From Candidatus Aldehydirespirator sp. (GTDB taxonomy: Bacteria > Actinomycetota > Acidimicrobiia > Acidimicrobiales > Aldehydirespiratoraceae), in assembly GCA_965203575.1 (NCBI GenBank), contig OZ241894.1, positions 3,818,841-3,882,840 on the forward strand: a DNA stretch of 64,000 nt, read 5' to 3'. The notes beneath the pieces are model-generated. The model saw only the letters and a program-made list of their open reading frames with translations, was not told the DNA's origin and did not search any database. This document shows positions 17,807 to 27,223 of this stretch, piece by piece. A program made the position numbers and the translations under genes. Every line of letters starts with the position of its first letter. Positions within the stretch are counted from its first letter, which is position 1.

Positions 17807-18952
17807 ATGCTGGACCTCGACTTCACCCAGGAACAGGAGATGCTGCGCGACATGGTGCGGGGCCTGTGCACCGAGCTCTCGCCGCTGGAGCGAGTGCGAG
17901 AGTTCGAGGACGACCCCGACGGCATAGCACGAGATCTCTGGCAGCGTTTCGGGGAGCTGGGCCTGTGCGGCCTAATGGTCCCCGAGAGCGCCGGCGGCTC
18001 CGGCATGAGCCTTCTCGACGGCGTTGTGGTCTACGAGGAACTCGGGCGGTCGCTGGCTCCGGTGCCCCATTTCGTCAGTTGCGTGCTGTCCGCCGCGGCG
18101 ATCGCCGAGGCAGGATCGCCTGCCCAGCAGGCCGAAATGTTGGGCGGCATCGCATCGGGCGAGACCATCGCCACCGTCGGGTGGTTGGAGCCGGGCGGGG
18201 GCTACAAACCCCGAGGCGTGCAGCTGGCCGCCCGCGCCAACGGCGACGGCTTCGTGCTGGACGGCTCCAAGGAGCATGTCCAGTTCGCGGCGGCCGCCGA
18301 TCTCATCGTCGTGCTGGCCCGCAGCGGCGACCGTGACACCGACATCGACCTGTTCGTCGTGGAGGCGGACGCCTCGGGCCTGAGCCTCGATCAGCGGATG
18401 TCGATCTCGTCCGACACCCAGTACCTGGCCACCCTCGACGGCGTGACCGTGCCGGGCACTGCCCGTCTGGGCGGGTCCGATGCGCCCGCAGGCGCGGGCT
18501 GGGAGGCCTGGCAGCGGGTCATGCACTCCGGTGCGATCCTGGCCGCGGCCCAGGCCGTTGGCGGCGCCTCAGCCGCCCTGGAGATGACCGTCGAGTACGC
18601 CAAGACGCGACAGCAGTTCAACAAGGCCCTGGCCGAGTTCCAGGCCATCTCTCACTACCTGGCCGACGCCCGCACCGCGCTCGACGGTGCCCGGCTCCTG
18701 GTGTACGAGGCGGCGTGGGCCCGCAGCACGGACCGCTCCACCGATCAACTGGCCCCCATGGCCAAGCTGTTCGCCTGCCGCACCTACCGGGAAATCACTG
18801 CGATGTGCCAGCAGGTGTTCGGCGGTATCGGCTTCACTGTGGAGTACGACATCCAGCTCTACTTCCGCCGAGCCAAGCAGCTCCAGCTCTCCTGGTGGGA
18901 CCAGGCCACCTGCGAGGACCGTATCGCCGACGCCGTCCTCGGCTCGGCCTAA
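17807..18952 (+). CDS. Acyl-CoA dehydrogenase family protein (no obvious C-terminal catalytic Glu motif)
   Basis: 381 aa with a GGGGAGG SD. ACAD-like throughout (LDFTQEQEMLRDMVRG.., GGIGFTVEYDIQLYFRRAK). Confidence 0.8.
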   Translation: MLDLDFTQEQEMLRDMVRGLCTELSPLERVREFEDDPDGIARDLWQRFGELGLCGLMVPESAGGSGMSLLDGVVVYEELGRSLAPVPHFVSCVLSAAAIAEAGSPAQQAEMLGGIASGETIATVGWLEPGGGYKPRGVQLAARANGDGFVLDGSKEHVQFAAAADLIVVLARSGDRDTDIDLFVVEADASGLSLDQRMSISSDTQYLATLDGVTVPGTARLGGSDAPAGAGWEAWQRVMHSGAILAAAQAVGGASAALEMTVEYAKTRQQFNKALAEFQAISHYLADARTALDGARLLVYEAAWARSTDRSTDQLAPMAKLFACRTYREITAMCQQVFGGIGFTVEYDIQLYFRRAKQLQLSWWDQATCEDRIADAVLGSA

Positions 18953-19185
18953 CCGGCCCCGGCTGCGCCCTCCAGCGCGGCGATCCGCTCGCCGTGACCC
19001 ATCATCTGAGCGAGCAGACGGCCGTGCTCGGCCTGGGTCGCCTCTATCCCGGCCAGAGTCACCTCGACCCGATCCAGGCGCGTGGCGAGGGCGCGGATGT
19101 CGGACCGTATCGCTTGCAGAAAGATGCCGAGCAAGCCCAGCAGTCCCACTCCCAAGACGCCGATGATCGCTTCTGCCACCGTCAT
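18949..19185 (-). CDS. Small membrane-anchored coiled-coil protein (hypothetical)
   Basis: ATG 19185 is preceded by GGGAGG. One TM segment (AIIGVLGVGLLGLLGIFL) is followed by a helical repeat-like tail. Confidence 0.4.
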   Translation of the reverse strand: MTVAEAIIGVLGVGLLGLLGIFLQAIRSDIRALATRLDRVEVTLAGIEATQAEHGRLLAQMMGHGERIAALEGAAGAG

Positions 19186-19252
19186 GTCCTCCCAAGTATA
19201 GCATGTCCAACCGTCGAGGCCATTAGGCAATAGTCATATAGAACAAAATAAC

Positions 19253-20248
19253 ATGATACTTACCAAATGGCTCACTTCTCGCCGGGTGGATCTGCTGCTG
19301 GGCGTGACGGTGACGGTGGCCGCGGTGAGCGGGCTGACATCGTGGGCCGTGGGCTCGGGCTGGGCCCGCTGGGTGACGGTCGTCCATGCGCTGGCCGGCC
19401 TGAGCGTTCTGGCCCTCGCCCCGGCCAAGCTCAGAGGCTCGGTGCGGATCGGACTGAAGCGTCGGCGGGCCACCCGATGGCTGTCGATCCTGCTGGGCCT
19501 GCTCGTCGTCGCAACCATCACGCTCGGGATCCTGCACGCCACCGGACTGTGGCACGGTGTGGGCTACTGGACGGCGCTGTGGACCCATGTGCTGCTGGCC
19601 GCACTCCTGGCCCCTCTGGTGGTGTGGCACATCGTCAGCCGCCCGGGTCGTCCCGGCATCGCTGATCTCGACCGCAGGACCCTCATCGGCGGCGGCGCCG
19701 CGGTGGCGGCCGCCGGCATCGCCTACGGGGTCCAGCAGCTGGTGGTGGGCGACAACCGGCGCTTCACGGGGTCCCATGAGATCGCCTCGTTCAACCCGTC
19801 GGAGATGCCGACGACCATGTGGCTCAACGACCGGTCGCCCCGGGTGCCGGCCTCGGGCTGGCAGTTGACCATCGCGGAGGAGCCGGTGTCGCTGGAGGAT
19901 CTGCGGGCCCGGGCCGTGCCGTTGCAGGCCGACCTCGACTGCACCGGCGGGTGGTGGAGCCGGCAGTCGTGGGACGCGGTACCGCTGGCCGAGCTGATGC
20001 CTCCGCTGGACGCGCCCACCCTGGAAGTCACCTCGCTGACCGGTTACAGCCGCCTGTTCCCGGCTCGCGACGCCGCCAACCTGTACTTGGCCGTCGGCTA
20101 CAACGGTGAGCCCCTCCGTCGGGGACATGGCGCGCCCGTCCGGCTGGTGGCGCCGGGGCGGCGGGGCTTCTGGTGGGTCAAGTGGGTGAGCCGCATCGAC
20201 CCCGTCAACCGCCCCTGGTGGCTGCAGCTGCCGTTCCCGCTGGAGTAG
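19253..20248 (+). CDS. Membrane-anchored molybdopterin-dependent oxidoreductase (sulfite-oxidase/YedY fold) with an N-terminal His-rich 4-5 TM domain
   Basis: The C-terminal part has ..TGSHEIASFNP..LDCTGGWWS..GYNGEPL..HGAPVRLVAPGRRGFWWVKWV, typical of the Mo-co binding domain. The N-terminal TM helices carry conserved-looking His residues (VVHALAG, ILHATGLWHG, VVWHIV). Confidence 0.75.
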   Translation: MILTKWLTSRRVDLLLGVTVTVAAVSGLTSWAVGSGWARWVTVVHALAGLSVLALAPAKLRGSVRIGLKRRRATRWLSILLGLLVVATITLGILHATGLWHGVGYWTALWTHVLLAALLAPLVVWHIVSRPGRPGIADLDRRTLIGGGAAVAAAGIAYGVQQLVVGDNRRFTGSHEIASFNPSEMPTTMWLNDRSPRVPASGWQLTIAEEPVSLEDLRARAVPLQADLDCTGGWWSRQSWDAVPLAELMPPLDAPTLEVTSLTGYSRLFPARDAANLYLAVGYNGEPLRRGHGAPVRLVAPGRRGFWWVKWVSRIDPVNRPWWLQLPFPLE

Positions 20249-20331
20249 ATGCCGCCGTGCCGGCGTAGCGGACCGTCTCGGAAACCTCGGTGAAGAACTC
20301 AGCCACGGCGCGATACTAGGCACCACCACCG

Positions 20332-22209
20332 ATGCGACCGAAGGGGATGTCGGTGCCCCAGGCCCGCGACACTGGCTCAGCCGGACACTGCAGTAGTCCT
20401 GCTCGAAATCTGAGCACAACCGCTGCAACGTCGGATTCTGGTAGCCGGGGACGGCATGCGGCCGCGGCGCTGCTGCCATTTGTGCTCATGGCCGCGTCGT
20501 GCTCGGGCACCCCGAACATCGAGCCGGCAGCTACCGACGGTGAGCCGGAAGCCGCGGCCGGGGCTGCACCATTGTCTCCCGCACCCATGCCGACTGAAGG
20601 GCCCTTCTCGGCGGTGTCCACTGGTCGCCGTCACACCTGCGCCATTCGTGCCGACGGCATGATCGAATGCTGGGGCGACAACCGACTCGGGCAAAGCGAC
20701 CCGCCAGCGGGCGAATACGTGGCAGTGTCGGCCGGGCACGAACACAACTGCGCAATCCGCGCCGACAGCACTATCGCGTGCTGGGGCGGTGGCCCTCAAG
20801 GGCTCCTGTATCCCCCTGACGGCAAGTACGTGGCGGTGTCAGCCGGGCACGAACACAACTGCGCATTGCGAGTCGACGGCGACATCCAATGCTGGGGCAG
20901 CTTTTACGCCGCGCCGCTGATTCCTCCCGGCGGGCACTTCACGGCAGTCGCCACCAGCGGATCGCATTCCTGTGCTCTCCGCGAGGTCGGCACCGTCCAA
21001 TGCTGGGGCCCTAAGGGCTCAGAGAGCATCGATGTACCAAGCGGCCGGTTCGAAGCGATCGCGGTCGGTGACCAGTTGACCTGCGGAGTGCGACCCGACG
21101 AGCGGATCGAGTGCTTCGACTATGAGGGAACACCGAGGTTCGAGGGAATCCTCGAAGGGCGTTTCCGGTCTGTTTCCCTTGGTCGGGCCAACCACTGCGG
21201 GCTGCACGCGGACGGCACCGTCGAGTGCTGGGGACAATGGCCGTTCGCCGATGCCGGCTACGTCCACGCGCCGAAAGGGCGGTTCACCGCAGTGGACGCC
21301 GGCGCCGATCACTCATGCGGACTCCGCGTCGAGGGCACCATCGAGTGCTGGGGCCGGCCGATCGGAGCAGAGGTGCTGCCGCCAGGCGGAGAGTTCAGTG
21401 CTGTCGCCGCGGGCTCGCGCCACTCGTGCGGCTTGCGTCGCAGCGGTCACGTGGAGTGCTGGGGCCACAACCACTCCTCGCAAGTCGACGCGCCGCAAGG
21501 CAAGTTCGCCGCGGTGTCGGCGGGTGGCAACCAGACTTGCGGGCTGCGACTCGACGGCTCCATCGAGTGCTGGGGCGCCGACTACGGCCTGCGGTCGGTC
21601 GAGGGCGTGTGGCGGTTCAACAGCATCCCCGACGACGAGTACACCGCAGTGGCGGCAGGCACGCACCACGCGTGCGCGCTGACCGTGGAGGGCTGGACGA
21701 CTTGCTGGGCCGCGGAGTTTCACGGGCGCGACAGCATGGTGCTCCGATGGCCCGGCCATACTCCCGGTGATATCGCCGTCGGCACCGACTATGCCTGCGG
21801 ACTGCGAATCGACGGATCCATCGTCTGCTGGGGAGACCAAGTGGCCGTCATGGAGGATCCACCCACCGGACAATTCGCCGCGATCTCAGCCGGCCGTGCT
21901 CACGCCTGCGCGGTAGCGATCGACGGAACCGTCGCCTGCTGGGGACTGTCCGGCGGTAGGACGGCCGCACCCGAGGGGCGGTTCAAATCCGTGTCGGTAG
22001 GAAGCAGCCATTCATGCGGGCTCCGCGTCGACGGAACGGTGGAGTGCTGGGGCCCGGACGACCTCGAAGGGCGCCTCGATACTCCCGACGGGCGGTTCGC
22101 CGCAGTGGCCGCGGGCGGTGCGCATACCTGCGGCCTGCGAAGCGACAGCACGATCGAGTGCTGGGGCACGATGCGACCACCCCCGGACGGCGTCATCATG
22201 ACGGATTGA
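20332..22209 (+). CDS. RCC1-like repeat lipoprotein (14 repeats)
   Basis: Lipobox LMAASC. There are 14 repeats of ~37-40 aa with the H-x-C-[AG]-[LI]-R-x-D-G-x-[IV]-x-C-W-G signature. The start is uncertain (20332 or 20347). Confidence 0.8.
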   Translation: MRPKGMSVPQARDTGSAGHCSSPARNLSTTAATSDSGSRGRHAAAALLPFVLMAASCSGTPNIEPAATDGEPEAAAGAAPLSPAPMPTEGPFSAVSTGRRHTCAIRADGMIECWGDNRLGQSDPPAGEYVAVSAGHEHNCAIRADSTIACWGGGPQGLLYPPDGKYVAVSAGHEHNCALRVDGDIQCWGSFYAAPLIPPGGHFTAVATSGSHSCALREVGTVQCWGPKGSESIDVPSGRFEAIAVGDQLTCGVRPDERIECFDYEGTPRFEGILEGRFRSVSLGRANHCGLHADGTVECWGQWPFADAGYVHAPKGRFTAVDAGADHSCGLRVEGTIECWGRPIGAEVLPPGGEFSAVAAGSRHSCGLRRSGHVECWGHNHSSQVDAPQGKFAAVSAGGNQTCGLRLDGSIECWGADYGLRSVEGVWRFNSIPDDEYTAVAAGTHHACALTVEGWTTCWAAEFHGRDSMVLRWPGHTPGDIAVGTDYACGLRIDGSIVCWGDQVAVMEDPPTGQFAAISAGRAHACAVAIDGTVACWGLSGGRTAAPEGRFKSVSVGSSHSCGLRVDGTVECWGPDDLEGRLDTPDGRFAAVAAGGAHTCGLRSDSTIECWGTMRPPPDGVIMTD

Positions 22210-22210
22210 C

Positions 22211-23980
22211 ATGCCGCTTCGACGGGTCGCTCATCTTCTGTTTGTGGCCGGGCTCATGGCAACGGCGTGCTCGGACGAACCGTCCGCGCCCGATGGCCCG
22301 GCTGGAGAAGGCGATCACGCCGAGGCAGCCGCCACCGACGACCGCTCCCGTGCCGAAGCATCGATCACGTCTCCGCCTGCGCCGGTCGAGGGTAAATACA
22401 CGGCGGTGGCGGCCGGGTACTGGCACACCTGCGCGATCCGGTCCGACGGCGGGATCGAGTGCTGGGGCGTCAACCAGAACGGAGTACTCGATGCGCCTGA
22501 AGGACAGTTCAAAGCCATCGCGGCCGGCTACGGGCACAATTGCGCCGTCCGGGTAGACGGCGGGATCGAGTGCTGGAGCTCGGAACGTGATCGTTGGAGT
22601 GACACACCCGAAGGCCGTTTCGCGGCCGTCTCCGCAGCCGGCGACAACACGTGTGCTCTACGTGACGACGGCGATGTCGAGTGTTGGGGCAGTTACAACG
22701 ACCAACTCTCGACGCCGCCCGGAGGACACTTCGAAGCGGTGGCCACCGGCGCAGGGCACGCCTGCGTGCTGCGCAGCGGCGGCACCGTCCAGTGCTGGGG
22801 CGCTAACGAGGCGGGCCAGGCCGATCGTCCCGCGGCCCGTTTCGGCACCATCGCAGCAGGACGCGACCACAACTGCGGAATACGCACCGACGGCACCGTC
22901 GAATGCTGGGGATCGGACTTCCTGGGCAAGACGGATGCGCCCGAAGGCAGTTTCAGCACCCTCTCCGCCGGAGTGGACCACACGTGCGGGGTGCTCACGG
23001 ACGGGACAGCCCGCTGCTGGGGCTCGAACGCCCACGGTGCCGTGCCCGCTCCTGACGGCCGGTTCCGGACGGTCGCCGCTGGCGCCGATCACAGCTGCGG
23101 TCTACGAACCGACGGCACGATCCAATGCTGGGGCCGGCGCTTCGGCGCGGGTGCCGACCCTCCCGGCGACCGGTTCGCATCGCTGGTTGCGAGCGGCAAC
23201 CACACGTGCGGGCTGCGCACCGACGGCACCGTCGAATGCTGGGGAACAGACCTCGTAGGTCAGATGGAACCGCTCGACGGACACTTCAACAAGATCGCCA
23301 CCGGGAACTACTTCGCCTGCGGCCTGCGCACTGACGGGACCATCGAATGTTGGGGTTTCGACCGTTTCGGCGTGCTGGACAGCCCGGACGGACAGTTCAT
23401 CGACGTCACCGCCGCCGTCGGACACGCCTGCGGCCTGCGAGATGACGACACCGTCGAATGCTGGGGCTCCAACTCGCACGGACAGACCGACGCCCCCGCC
23501 GCCACCTTCTGGGCCATCTCGGCAGGGAGCTCCCACACCTGCGGCATCCTCTTGACGGGCGAGGTCGAGTGCTGGGGGAACCCGTACGCGGGGCGGCTGA
23601 ACCCCCCGCAGGGGTCCTTCGTTACCTTCGCGACTCCGGAGCGCAAACCCCGCCACCCGAAAGGGTTCATCGCGGCCGGTGAGAGCCACACCTGCGCGCT
23701 GCGAAGGGACGGCGAGGTCGAATGCTGGGGCTCCAACTCGCACGGACAACTCAACGTGCCCGACCGTGAGTTCGTTGCCATCTCCTCCGGGGTGCACTCG
23801 TGCGGGCTGCGCAAGAACGGCGACATCGAATGCTGGGGCTGGACAGAGGCGACGCCCCCCGGGCCGTTCGCTGACGTGGAAGTCGGCCAGGGATACACCT
23901 GCGGACTGCGCCCTGACGGCACCATCGAGTGCTGGGGAACGCTGCGGGCCCCGCCCGAGGGAGTGACCTACACCGGCTAA
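22211..23980 (+). CDS. RCC1-like repeat lipoprotein (14 repeats), tandem paralogue
   Basis: Canonical lipoprotein signal MPLRRVAHLLFVAGLMATAC. There are 14 C-W-[GS]-type repeats. The ATG lies 1 nt after the stop of the upstream paralogue. Confidence 0.85.
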   Translation: MPLRRVAHLLFVAGLMATACSDEPSAPDGPAGEGDHAEAAATDDRSRAEASITSPPAPVEGKYTAVAAGYWHTCAIRSDGGIECWGVNQNGVLDAPEGQFKAIAAGYGHNCAVRVDGGIECWSSERDRWSDTPEGRFAAVSAAGDNTCALRDDGDVECWGSYNDQLSTPPGGHFEAVATGAGHACVLRSGGTVQCWGANEAGQADRPAARFGTIAAGRDHNCGIRTDGTVECWGSDFLGKTDAPEGSFSTLSAGVDHTCGVLTDGTARCWGSNAHGAVPAPDGRFRTVAAGADHSCGLRTDGTIQCWGRRFGAGADPPGDRFASLVASGNHTCGLRTDGTVECWGTDLVGQMEPLDGHFNKIATGNYFACGLRTDGTIECWGFDRFGVLDSPDGQFIDVTAAVGHACGLRDDDTVECWGSNSHGQTDAPAATFWAISAGSSHTCGILLTGEVECWGNPYAGRLNPPQGSFVTFATPERKPRHPKGFIAAGESHTCALRRDGEVECWGSNSHGQLNVPDREFVAISSGVHSCGLRKNGDIECWGWTEATPPGPFADVEVGQGYTCGLRPDGTIECWGTLRAPPEGVTYTG

Positions 23981-24076
23981 CACTCGAATTGGCAGCCGCC
24001 GATGCCGAAAATGGACCTCACCGCTGCCACTTCCCAGCAGTCCGGGGGAGCCGGTGAGTTGGGGGCATACTGAGGC

Positions 24077-26329
24077 GTGTCCTGGTGGCGGAGGCTCGAC
24101 GCGGGCCGGATCGCGATTTTGGCGGTGCTGGTGCTGGGAGTGGCCGCGTTCTTGACCCGGGGCCAGTGGCTCGGAACCGTCGAGACTGCCGTGGATGTGG
24201 CCGTAGACGCGGTGGACATCGCAGTGGACGGGGAGATCGGGGAGGATCTGGTGACCGGCGGTGAGGTGGTCGCTCCCCCGGTGGTGGACGTTGAGGACCC
24301 CGAGGACTTCGACGTCGAGACCGAGCGGCTGTACCGGATCGTGCCCGGGGCCGGCTCACTGGCCAGCTACCACATCGAGGAGCGCCTCGGCGGGCTGTCA
24401 CGCACCACGGTGGGCACCACCAACGTCATGGCCGGCGAGATCGCGGTGAACCTCGTCGATCTGGCGTCGAGCAGGGTCGGCGAGATCGTGGTGAACGTGG
24501 AGATGTTCCAGTCCGACTCCGTCCTGCGGGACAAGCGCATCCGCCACGACTTCCTGGAGTCGAGCCACTGGCCCTTCGTGCGGTTCCGGCCTTCGCAGAT
24601 CGAGGGCCTCGACGCCGACTTCGCCGACAGCCTGTCCTACGAGATCGCCATCACCGGCGAACTCACCGTCAAGGAGACCACCCGCACCGAGACCTTCGCC
24701 GGCACCGTCACCGTCACCCCCGACGCGCTTGTCGCGACGATGTCAACCACCGTGCTGACCAGCCACTACGACGTAGGCCCCATCAACATCGCCCGCCTCG
24801 TCCACACCTCCGACGAGGTGATCCTGACCTTCGAGCTGGTCGCCGGCCGCGTCGAGTTCGGCTCCGAGCCGACCGGCGACCTGCGCCGCGGGATCCCGGC
24901 AACCGAGTTCGCCAGCGGCCGGTTCGCGGCCACGGTGCAGCCCATCCTCGAGACCCGCTGCGTGAGCTGCCACACCTCGAACGGCCCGGCCTGGACCACT
25001 CTGGCCCTCGACACCGCCGGCGACGCGGCCGCCATCGCCGACGACATCGCCTTCGTCACCGGGATCAGCTTCATGCCGCCGTGGCTGCCCTCCGACCTGA
25101 GCCCCCAGTTCGTGCACGACTGGTCGCTCAGCGACGCCGAGAAGGCCGCCATCAGGGAGTGGGCCGCCGCCGGTGGCGGCCTCGATGTGCGGCCCGACAC
25201 GCCGCTGGTGGCCCGCGTCCAGGCCATCATCCCGGTGGAGGAGGACCAGAAGATCGGGCCCCGCGACGGCCTCTATGCCGGCTACTCGCGGCCCGACGGC
25301 TGGCCGGTCAAGAAGGACGACTACCGCTGCCAGGTCCACGAGGTGGCCGATCCCGAGGGCGACGGCACATGGGTCAAGGGCTTCGAGTTCCGGCCCGACC
25401 AGGTGGAGGTGGTGCACCACGCCATCGTCTACCGGGTTCCGGCTGCGGCCGCGGAGGAGGTTGCGTCCAGGATCGAGGCCGAGGACCGCATTGAGGCAGC
25501 CCAGGGCTTCTCCGACGAGCCGGGCTGGACCTGCTTCGGGCTGTCGGGGCTCTTCTCCCAGGGCGTGTACTCGATCCAGGGCTGGGCGCCGGGCCAGTCG
25601 CCGACCATCTACCCGGAGGGGTACGGCATCTACCTGTGGCCCGGCGACATGATCGTCAACCAGATCCACTACCACTACGACCACGACACCCCGGCCGACG
25701 GCTCGTGGATCATCCTCGACACCGCCACCGACGCCGAGGTGGCCGCGGGCATGACCCACATCACCGGCGACAGCTACCTCACCCCGGCCGAGGTGCCCTG
25801 CACGCCCGAGGAGGCTGCCGTCGCGGCCGAGCGGGCGGCCACCATCGACGGCTATGTCAACCTGTGCGAGCGGTCCAACGTGCTGGCCGAGATCGGCGAG
25901 AAGTACGACGACTTCGCCCCGCTCATCCCCGGCTTGCTGCTGGCGCAGTGCGGCGGCACCGTCGACGACTACGACGACCTCGACGGCAGCATCGGCTACA
26001 GCTCCTGCGATCTACCGGCCCGCGACACCGGCACCATCCACACGGTGCTGGGCCACATGCACGAGTTCGGCGCGGCCTACCGGATGACCCTGCATCCCGA
26101 CACGCCGGAGGAGCGGATCCTGCTCGACATCCCGGTGTGGGACTTCGAGTGGCAGCTCAACTACGAGCCGGTGGAGAATATCCGCATCGAGCGGGGCGAC
26201 ACGGTTCGCTTCGAGTGCTGGTGGGACCGCACGCTGCAGTTCATGCCCGAGCCCCGCTACATCACCTGGAACGAGGGCACCGTCGACGAGATGTGCTTCT
26301 CCAGCATCGCGGTGATCCCGGACGCCTAG
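24077..26329 (+). CDS. Membrane-anchored fusion: YceI-like domain + CXXCH haem-c motif + copper type II ascorbate-dependent monooxygenase-like (PHM/DBH) domains
   Basis: N-terminal TM segment (IAILAVLVLGVAAFL) and a YceI-like block (YRIVPGAGSLASYHIEE..SVLRDKRIRHDFLESSHWPFVRF..GELTV). The CVSCH motif is at 24959-24973. The copper-site motifs are VVHHAIVY (HH), GHMHEFG (HxH) and DEMCF (Met). Confidence 0.7.
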   Translation: MSWWRRLDAGRIAILAVLVLGVAAFLTRGQWLGTVETAVDVAVDAVDIAVDGEIGEDLVTGGEVVAPPVVDVEDPEDFDVETERLYRIVPGAGSLASYHIEERLGGLSRTTVGTTNVMAGEIAVNLVDLASSRVGEIVVNVEMFQSDSVLRDKRIRHDFLESSHWPFVRFRPSQIEGLDADFADSLSYEIAITGELTVKETTRTETFAGTVTVTPDALVATMSTTVLTSHYDVGPINIARLVHTSDEVILTFELVAGRVEFGSEPTGDLRRGIPATEFASGRFAATVQPILETRCVSCHTSNGPAWTTLALDTAGDAAAIADDIAFVTGISFMPPWLPSDLSPQFVHDWSLSDAEKAAIREWAAAGGGLDVRPDTPLVARVQAIIPVEEDQKIGPRDGLYAGYSRPDGWPVKKDDYRCQVHEVADPEGDGTWVKGFEFRPDQVEVVHHAIVYRVPAAAAEEVASRIEAEDRIEAAQGFSDEPGWTCFGLSGLFSQGVYSIQGWAPGQSPTIYPEGYGIYLWPGDMIVNQIHYHYDHDTPADGSWIILDTATDAEVAAGMTHITGDSYLTPAEVPCTPEEAAVAAERAATIDGYVNLCERSNVLAEIGEKYDDFAPLIPGLLLAQCGGTVDDYDDLDGSIGYSSCDLPARDTGTIHTVLGHMHEFGAAYRMTLHPDTPEERILLDIPVWDFEWQLNYEPVENIRIERGDTVRFECWWDRTLQFMPEPRYITWNEGTVDEMCFSSIAVIPDA

Positions 26330-26339
26330 AGACCAAGAG

Positions 26340-27218
26340 ATGACGGACCGGCTGTTGGGGGCGGTGGAGGCCGGCGGGACCAAGTTCCGGTGTGCGGTGG
26401 TGTCGTCGGACCTGACGATCGTCGACTCCTGCCATGTGCTGACAACGGACCCCGACACGACGCTGTCAACCGTTGTGGAGTTCCTCGAGCGGTCCGGGCC
26501 GGTGTCCGCGCTGGGAATCGCCTCGTTCGGTCCCGTCGATCTTGATCCCGACTCGCCCGGCTACGGGTCGATCGCGGACACGCCGAAACCTGGGTGGTCG
26601 GGTGCCCCGATCCTGAGCCGGCTCTCGGAGGCCCTCGGGGCGCCGGCCGGCATCCAGACCGACGTGGAGGCGGCCGCCGTGGCCGAGCAGACCCTGGGGC
26701 CCGAGCCCAGGCCGCGGTCACTCGCCTACGTCACCGTCGGCACCGGGATCGGGGCCGCGGTCGCGGTCGACGGCCTGCCCTGGCGGGGGCGACACCACAG
26801 CGAGCTGGGGCACATCCCGGTTCGCCGTGTGGCCGGCGACGACTATCCGGGCCGCTGCCCGTTCCACCGCGACTGCCTGGAGGGGATGGCCTGCGGACCG
26901 GCCATAGCCGAACGCTGGGGTGTCGACCCGTCCGAGGCTGAAGGTCGCGACGACATCTGGCAGTTGGAGGCCTCGTATCTGGCCCAGCTCGTGCGGGTGC
27001 TCGCTTACTCGTTCTCCCCCGACCGGGTGGTGTTCGGAGGTGGCGTCGGCAGCCGGCCCGGTCTGGCTGAGATGATCCGGGCCGCGGCCCGCACAGAGCT
27101 CGCCGGCTATGCCGACTACAGCTCAGGAGATGACGGGTTCGTGACCGCCCCCGCGCTGGGCAACGACTCCGGCCTGCTGGGCGCCGCCCTCCTCGCCCGA
27201 TCGCTCTTGGGAGACTGA
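26340..27218 (+). CDS. ROK-family sugar kinase (fructokinase/glucokinase-like)
   Basis: GAVEAGGTKFRCAVV at the N-terminus, and the ROK zinc motif GRCPFHRDCLEGMACGPA. Confidence 0.85.
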   Translation: MTDRLLGAVEAGGTKFRCAVVSSDLTIVDSCHVLTTDPDTTLSTVVEFLERSGPVSALGIASFGPVDLDPDSPGYGSIADTPKPGWSGAPILSRLSEALGAPAGIQTDVEAAAVAEQTLGPEPRPRSLAYVTVGTGIGAAVAVDGLPWRGRHHSELGHIPVRRVAGDDYPGRCPFHRDCLEGMACGPAIAERWGVDPSEAEGRDDIWQLEASYLAQLVRVLAYSFSPDRVVFGGGVGSRPGLAEMIRAAARTELAGYADYSSGDDGFVTAPALGNDSGLLGAALLARSLLGD

Positions 27219-27223
27219 CGCGG

